Shown in pieces: positions 55,401 to 64,000 of a stretch of DNA of 64,000 bases (positions within the stretch are counted from its first letter, which is position 1; each line of letters opens with the position of its first letter). Origin of the DNA: Eledone cirrhosa (Eukaryota); assembly GCA_964016885.1 (NCBI GenBank), contig OZ024742.1:195424001-195488000 (forward strand), written 5' to 3'. The position numbers were made by a program, and so were the translations under genes. The notes under the pieces are model-generated. The model ran no database searches. It was not told the DNA's origin and was given only the letters and a program-made list of their open reading frames with translations.

Positions 55401-58400
55401 AGACCAACAGTAACAATAACAACAACAACAACAGCAGCAACAGTAATAACAACAGAAACAGTAACAATAACAACAACAACAGCAGCAACAGTAATAACAA
55501 CAGCAACAGTAACATTAACAACAACAACAACAGCAGCAACAGTAATAACAAGACCAACAGTAACAATAACAACAACAACAACAGCAGCAACAGTAATAAC
55601 AACAGAAACAGTAACAATAACAACAACAACAGCAGCAACAGTAATAACAACAGCAACAGTAACAATAACAACAACAACAACAGCAGCAACAGTAATAACA
55701 AGACTAACAGTAACAATAACAACAACAACAACAGCAGCAACAGTAATAACAACAGAAACAGTAACAATAACAACAACAACAACAGCAGCAACAGTAATAA
55801 CAAGACCAACAGTAACAATAACAACAACAACAACAGCAGCAACAGTAATAACAACAGCAACAGTAACAATAACAACAACAACAACAGCAGCAACAGTAAT
55901 AACAAGACCAACAGTAACAATAACAACAACAACAACAGCAGCAACAGTAATAACAACAGAAACAGTAACAATAACAACAACAACAGCAGCAACAGTAATA
56001 ACAACAGCAACAGTAACAATAACAACAACAACAACAGCAGCAACAGTAATAACAAGACCAACAGTAACAATAACAACAACAACAACAGCAGCAACAGTAA
56101 TAACAACAGAAACAGTAACAATAACAACAACAACAGCAGCAACAGTAATAACAACAGCAACAGTAACAATAACAACAACAACAGCAGCAACAGTAAAAAC
56201 AACAGCAACAGTAACAATAACAACAAGAACAGCAGCAACAGTAACAATAACAACAACAACAACAGCAGCAACAGTAAAAACAACAGCAACAGTAACAATA
56301 ACAACAACAACAACAGCAGCAACAGTAAAAACAACAGCAACAGTAACAATAACAACAACAACAACAGCAGCAACAGTAATAACAACAGCAACAGTAACAA
56401 TAACAACAACAACAACAGCAGCAACAGTAAAAACAACAGCAACAGTAACAATAACAACAACAACAGCAGCAACAGTAATAACAACAGCAACAGTAACAAT
56501 AACAACAACAACAACAGCAGCAACAGTAATAACAACAGCAACAGTAACATAACAACAACAACAGCAGCAACAGTAATAACAACAGCAACAGTAACAATAA
56601 CAACAACAACAACAGCAACAGTAAAAACAACAGCAACAGTAACAATAACAACAACAACAACAGCAGCAACAGTAATAACAACAGCAACAGTAACAATAAC
56701 AACCACAACAACAGCAGCAACAGTAAAAACAACAGCAACAGTAACAATAACAACAACAACAGCAGCAACAGTAATAACAACAGCAACAGTAACAATAACA
56801 ACAACAACAACAGCAGCAACAGTAATAACAAGACCAACAGTAACAATAACAACAACAACAACAGCAGCAACAGTAATAACAACAGAAACAGTAACAATAA
56901 CAACAACAACAGCAGCAACAGTAATAACAACAGCAACAGTAACAATAACAACAACAACAACAGCAGCAACAGTAATAACAAGACTAACAGTAACAATAAC
57001 AACAACAACAACAGCAGCAACAGTAATAACAACAGAAACAGTAACAATAACAACAACAACAACAGCAGCAACAGTAATAACAAGACCAACAGTAACAATA
57101 ACAACAACAACAACAGCAGCAACAGTAATAACAACAGCAACAGTAACAATAACAACAACAACAACAGCAGCAACAGTAATAACAAGACCAACAGTAACAA
57201 TAACAACAACAACAACAGCAGCAACAGTAATAACAACAGAAACAGTAACAATAACAACAACAACAGCAACAACAGTAATAACAACAGCAACAGTAACAAT
57301 AACAACAACAACAACAGCAGCAACAGTAATAACAAGACCAACAGTAACAATAACAACAACAACAACAGCAGCAACAGTAATAACAACAGAAACAGTAACA
57401 ATAACAACAACAACAGCAGCAACAGTAATAACAACAGCAACAGTAACAATAACAACAACAACAGCAGCAACAGTAAAAACAACAGCAACAGTAACAATAA
57501 CAACAAGAACAGCAGCAACAGTAATAACAACAGCAACAGTAACAATAACAACAACAACAACAGCAGCAACAGTAATAACAACAGCAACAGTAACAATAAC
57601 AACAACAACAGCAGCAACAGTAATAACAACAGCAACAGTAACAATAACAACAACAACAACAGCAGCAACAGTAATAACAACAGCAACAGTAACAATAACA
57701 ACAACAACAGCAGCAACAGTAAAAACAACAGCAACAGTAACAATAACAACAACAACAACAGCAGCAACAGTAATAACAACAGCAACAGTAACAATAACAA
57801 CAACAACAACAGCAGCAACAGTAAAAACAACAGCAACAGTAACAATAACAACAACAACAGCAGCAACAGTAATAACAACAGCAACAGTAACAATAACAAC
57901 AACAACAACAGCAGCAACAGTAATAACAACAGCAACAGTAACATAACAACAACAACAGCAGCAACAGTAATAACAACAGCAACAGTAACAATAACAACAA
58001 CAATAACAGCAGCAACAGTAACAACAACAGCAACAGTAACAATAACAACAACAACAGCAGCAACAGTAATAACAACAGTAACAGTAACAATAACAACAAC
58101 AACAGCAGCAACAGTAAAAACAACAGCAACAGTAACAATAACAACAACAACAGCAGCAGCAACAGTAATAACAACAGCAACAGTAACAATAACAACAACA
58201 ACAGTAACAATAACAACAGCAACAGTAACAACAACAACAGCAGCAACAGTAATAACAACAACAACAGTAACAACAACAACAACAACAGCAGCAACAGTAA
58301 CAACAACAGCAACAGTAACACAACAGCAACAGTAACAATAACAACAACAACAGCAGCAACAGTAAGAACAACAACAACAGTAACAATAACAACAACAACA

Positions 58401-61400
58401 GCAGCAACAGTAATAACAACAGCAACAGTAACAATAACAACAACAACAGCAGCAACAGTAATAACAACAGCAACGGTAACAACAACAACAACAGCAGCAG
58501 CAACAGTAAAAACACAACAGTAACAATAACAACAGCAACAACAACAGCAGCAACAGTAATAACAACAGCAACAGTAACAACAACAACAACAACAGCAGCA
58601 ACAGTAACAACAACAGCAACAGTAACAATAACAACAACAACAGTAACAATAACAACAGCAACAGTAACAACAACAACAGCAGCAACAGTAATAACAACAG
58701 CAACAGTAACAATAACAACAACAACAACAGCAGCAATAGTAATAACAACAGCAACAGTAACAACAACAACAACAACAGCAGCAACAGTAATAACAACAGC
58801 AACAGTAACAACAACAACAACAACACCAGCAGCAACAGTAATAACAACAGCAACAGTAACAATAACAACAACAACAACAGCAGCAACAGTAATAACAACA
58901 GCAACAGTAACAATAACAACAACAACAGCAGCAACAGTAAAAACAACAGCAACAGTAACAATAACAACAACAACAACAGCAGCAACAGTAAAAACAACAG
59001 CAACAGTAACAATAACAACAACAACAACAGCAGCAACAGTAATAACAACAGCAACAGTAACAATAACAACAACAACAACAGCAGCAACAGTAATAACAAC
59101 AGCAACAGTAACAATAACAACAACAACAACAGCAGCAACAGTAATAACAACAGCAACAGTAACATAACAACAACAACAGCAGCAACAGTAATACAACAGC
59201 AACAGTAACAATAACAACAACAACAACAGCAGCAACAGTAATAACAACAGCAACAGTAACAATAACAACAACAACAACAGCAGCAACAGTAATAACAACA
59301 GCAACAGTAACAATAACAACAACAACAACAGCAGCAACAGTAATAACAAGACCAACAGTAACAATAACAACAACAACAACAGCAGCAACAGTAATAACAA
59401 CAGCAACAGTAACAATAACAACAACAACAACAGCAGCAACAGTAATAACAAGACCAACAGTAACAATAACAACAACAACAACAGCAGCAACAGTAATAAC
59501 AACAGAAACAGTAACAATAACAACAACAACAGCAGCAACAGTAATAACAACAGCAACAGTAACATTAACAACAACAACAACAGCAGCAACAGTAATAACA
59601 AGACCAACAGTAACAATAACAACAACAACAACAGCAGCAACAGTAATAACAACAGAAACAGTAACAATAACAACAACAACAGCAGCAACAGTAATAACAA
59701 CAGCAACAGTAACAATAACAACAACAACAACAGCAGCAACAGTAATAACAAGACTAACAGTAACAATAACAACAACAACAACAGCAGCAACAGTAATAAC
59801 AACAGAAACAGTAACAATAACAACAACAACAACAGCAGCAACAGTAATAACAAGACCAACAGTAACAATAACAACAACAACAACAGCAGCAACAGTAATA
59901 ACAACAGCAACAGTAACAATAACAACAACAACAACAGCAGCAACAGTAATAACAAGACCAACAGTAACAATAACAACAACAACAACAGCAGCAACAGTAA
60001 TAACAACAGAAACAGTAACAATAACAACAACAACAGCAGCAACAGTAATAACAACAGCAACAGTAACAATAACAACAACAACAACAGCAGCAACAGTAAT
60101 AACAAGACCAACAGTAACAATAACAACAACAACAACAGCAGCAACAGTAATAACAACAGAAACAGTAACAATAACAACAACAACAGCAGCAACAGTAATA
60201 ACAACAGCAACAGTAACAATAACAACAACAACAGCAGCAACAGTAAAAACAACAGCAACAGTAACAATAACAACAAGAACAGCAGCAACAGTAACAATAA
60301 CAACAACAACAACAGCAGCAACAGTAAAAACAACAGCAACAGTAACAATAACAACAACAACAACAGCAGCAACAGTAAAAACAACAGCAACAGTAACAAT
60401 AACAACAACAACAACAGCAGCAACAGTAATAACAACAGCAACAGTAACAATAACAACAACAACAACAGCAGCAACAGTAAAAACAACAGCAACAGTAACA
60501 ATAACAACAACAACAGCAGCAACAGTAATAACAACAGCAACAGTAACAATAACAACAACAACAACAGCAGCAACAGTAATAACAACAGCAACAGTAACAT
60601 AACAACAACAACAGCAGCAACAGTAATAACAACAGCAACAGTAACAATAACAACAACAACAACAGCAACAGTAAAAACAACAGCAACAGTAACAATAACA
60701 ACAACAACAACAGCAGCAACAGTAATAACAACAGCAACAGTAACAATAACAACCACAACAACAGCAGCAACAGTAAAAACAACAGCAACAGTAACAATAA
60801 CAACAACAACAGCAGCAACAGTAATAACAACAGCAACAGTAACAATAACAACAACAACAACAGCAGCAACAGTAATAACAACAGTAACAATAACAACAAC
60901 AACAGCAGCAACAGTAATAACAACAGCAACAGTAACAATAACAACAACAACAGCAGCAACAGTAAAAACAACAGCAACAGTAACAATAACAACAACAACA
61001 GCAGCAGCAACAGTAATAACAACAGCAACAGTAACAATAACAACAACAACAGTAACAATAACAACAGCAACAGTAACAACAACAACAACAGCAACAGTAA
61101 TAACAACAGCAACAGTAACAATAACAACAACAACAACAACAGCAGCAACAGTAAAAACAACAGCAACAGTAACAACAACAACAACAACAACAGCAGCAAC
61201 AGTAAAAACAACAGCAACAGTAACAATAACAACAACAGCAGCAACAGTAATAACAACAGCAACAGTAACAACAACAACAACAACAACAGCAGCAACAGTA
61301 ATAACAACAGCAACAGTAACAATAACAACAACAACAGCAGGAACAGTAATAACAACAGCAACAGCAACAGTAACAATAACAATAACAGCAGCAACAGTAA

Positions 61401-64000
61401 TAACAACAGCAACAGTAACAATAACAGCAACAACAGCAGCAACAGTAACAACACCAACAACAACAACAGCAGCAACAGTAACAAAAGCAACAGTAACAAT
61501 AACAACAACAACAGCAGCAACAGTAATAATAACAGCAACAGTAACAATAACAACAACAACAACAGCAGCAACAGTAATAACAAGACCAACAGTAACAATA
61601 ACAACAACAACAACAGCAGCAACAGTAATAACAACAGAAACAGTAACAATAACAACAACAACAGCAACAACAGTAATAACAACAGCAACAGTAACAATAA
61701 CAACAACAACAACAGCAGCAACAGTAATAACAAGACCAACAGTAACAATAACAACAACAACAACAGCAGCAACAGTAATAACAACAGAAACAGTAACAAT
61801 AACAACAACAACAGCAGCAACAGTAATAACAACAGCAACAGTAACAATAACAACAACAACAGCAGCAACAGTAAAAACAACAGCAACAGTAACAATAACA
61901 ACAAGAACAGCAGCAACAGTAATAACAACAGCAACAGTAACAATAACAACAACAACAACAGCAGCAACAGTAATAACAACAGCAACAGTAACAATAACAA
62001 CAACAACAGCAGCAACAGTAATAACAACAGCAACAGTAACAATAACAACAACAACAACAGCAGCAACAGTAATAACAACAGCAACAGTAACAATAACAAC
62101 AACAACAGCAGCAACAGTAAAAACAACAGCAACAGTAACAATAACAACAACAACAACAGCAGCAACAGTAATAACAACAGCAACAGTAACAATAACAACA
62201 ACAACAACAGCAGCAACAGTAAAAACAACAGCAACAGTAACAATAACAACAACAACAGCAGCAACAGTAATAACAACAGCAACAGTAACAATAACAACAA
62301 CAACAACAGCAGCAACAGTAATAACAACAGCAACAGTAACATAACAACAACAACAGCAGCAACAGTAATAACAACAGCAACAGTAACAATAACAACAACA
62401 ACAACAGCAGCAACAGTAACAACAACAGCAACAGTAACAATAACAACAACAACAGCAGCAACAGTAATAACAACAGTAACAGTAACAATAACAACAACAA
62501 CAGCAGCAACAGTAAAAACAACAGCAACAGTAACAATAACAACAACAACAGCAGCAGCAACAGTAATAACAACAGCAACAGTAACAATAACAACAACAAC
62601 AGTAACAATAACAACAGCAACAGTAACAACAACAACAGCAGCAACAGTAATAACAACAACAACAGTAACAACAACAACAACAACAGCAGCAACAGTAACA
62701 ACAACAGCAACAGTAACACAACAGCAACAGTAACAATAACAACAACAACAGCAGCAACAGTAAGAACAACAACAACAGTAACAATAACAACAACAACAGC
62801 AGCAACAGTAATAACAACAGCAACAGTAACAATAACAACAACAACAGCAGCAACAGTAATAACAACAGCAACGGTAACAACAACAACAACAGCAGCAGCA
62901 ACAGTAAAAACACAACAGTAACAATAACAACAGCAACAACAACAGCAGCAACAGTAATAACAACAGCAACAGTAACAACAACAACAACAACAACAGCAGC
63001 AACAGTAACAACAACAGCAACAGTAACAATAACAACAACAACAGTAACAATAACAACAGCAACAGTAACAACAACAACAGCAGCAACAGTAATAACAACA
63101 GCAACAGTAACAATAACAACAACAACAACAGCAGCAATAGTAATAACAACAGCAACAGTAACAACAACAACAACAGCAGCAACAGTAATAACAACAGCAA
63201 CAGTAACAACAACAACAACAACACCAGCAGCAACAGTAATAACAACAGCAACAGTAACAATAACAACAACAACAACAGCAGCAACAGTAATAACAACAGC
63301 AACAGTAACAATAACAACAACAACAGCAGCAACAGTAAAAACAACAGCAACAGTAACAATAACAACAACAACAACAGCAGCAACAGTAAAAACAACAGCA
63401 ACAGTAACAATAACAACAACAACAACAGCAGCAACAGTAATAACAACAGCAACAGTAACAATAACAACAACAACAACAGCAGCAACAGTAATAACAACAG
63501 CAACAGTAACAATAACAACAACAACAACAGCAGCAACAGTAATAACAACAGCAACAGTAACATAACAACAACAACAGCAGCAACAGTTATACAACAGCAA
63601 CAGTAACAATAACAACAACAACAACAGCAGCAACAGTAATAACAACAGCAACAGTAACAATAACAACAACAACAACAGCAGCAACAGTAATAACAACAGC
63701 AACAGTAACAATAACAACAACAACAACAGCAGCAACAGTAATAACAAGACCAACAGTAACAATAACAACAACAACAACAGCAGCAACAGTAATAACAACA
63801 GCAACAGTAACAATAACAACAACAACAACAGCAGCAACAGTAATAACAAGACCAACAGTAACAATAACAACAACAACAACAGCAGCAACAGTAATAACAA
63901 CAGAAACAGTAACAATAACAACAACAACAGCAGCAACAGTAATAACAACAGCAACAGTAACAATAACAACAACAACAACAGCAGCAACAGTAATAACAAG
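25422..64000. repeat. Giant (ACA)-derived satellite, 48/51-bp unit ACAGCAGCAACAGTAA(T/A)AACAACAGCAACAGTAACAATA(ACA)3-4, with kb-scale higher-order repeats; continues past the window
   Basis: The unit is read continuously over ~38.6 kb (roughly 800 units by division). Rare variants recur at fixed spacings such as 3622, 975, 4455 and 4050 bp. Confidence 0.97.

Noticed and set aside
25488-63999. Multi-kb minus-strand ORFs (poly-Leu/Cys/Val, up to 4332 aa)
   Set aside because: The reverse complement of an ACA-based satellite almost never contains stops in any frame; overlapping ORFs occur in all three frames and have no protein-like complexity.
25422-64000. CRISPR array or telomeric repeat
   Set aside because: No unique spacers, eukaryotic context, and no TTAGGG/TTAGG units.

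Overview
Animal (eukaryotic) repeat-rich DNA with no securely identifiable host gene. The 5S sequence, SINE tail and R4/Dong + RTE content suggest an octopus-like cephalopod (inference). Bases 1-21.3 kb are a nest of non-LTR retroelements sitting in simple repeats: two copies of an R4/Dong LINE (one apparently full-length, in (CATA)n), a 3' fragment of a second RLE family, and an RTE LINE with three C2H2 fingers whose 3' end appears displaced by an endonuclease-deleted Tx1/L1 element. Four copies of a ~0.6 kb non-autonomous bipartite RTE element also lie here. The window also holds a ~0.8 kb foldback, a possible non-autonomous Helitron, two minimal hammerhead ribozyme motifs, a 5S rRNA-headed SINE and a pre-miRNA-like hairpin. 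From ~25.4 kb to the end is a >38 kb (ACA)-derived 48/51-bp satellite with kb-scale higher-order repeats. It reads as a Thr-rich TxTxTxT peptide but carries replicated frameshifts. The giant poly-Leu/Cys/Val ORFs are artefacts of this satellite.
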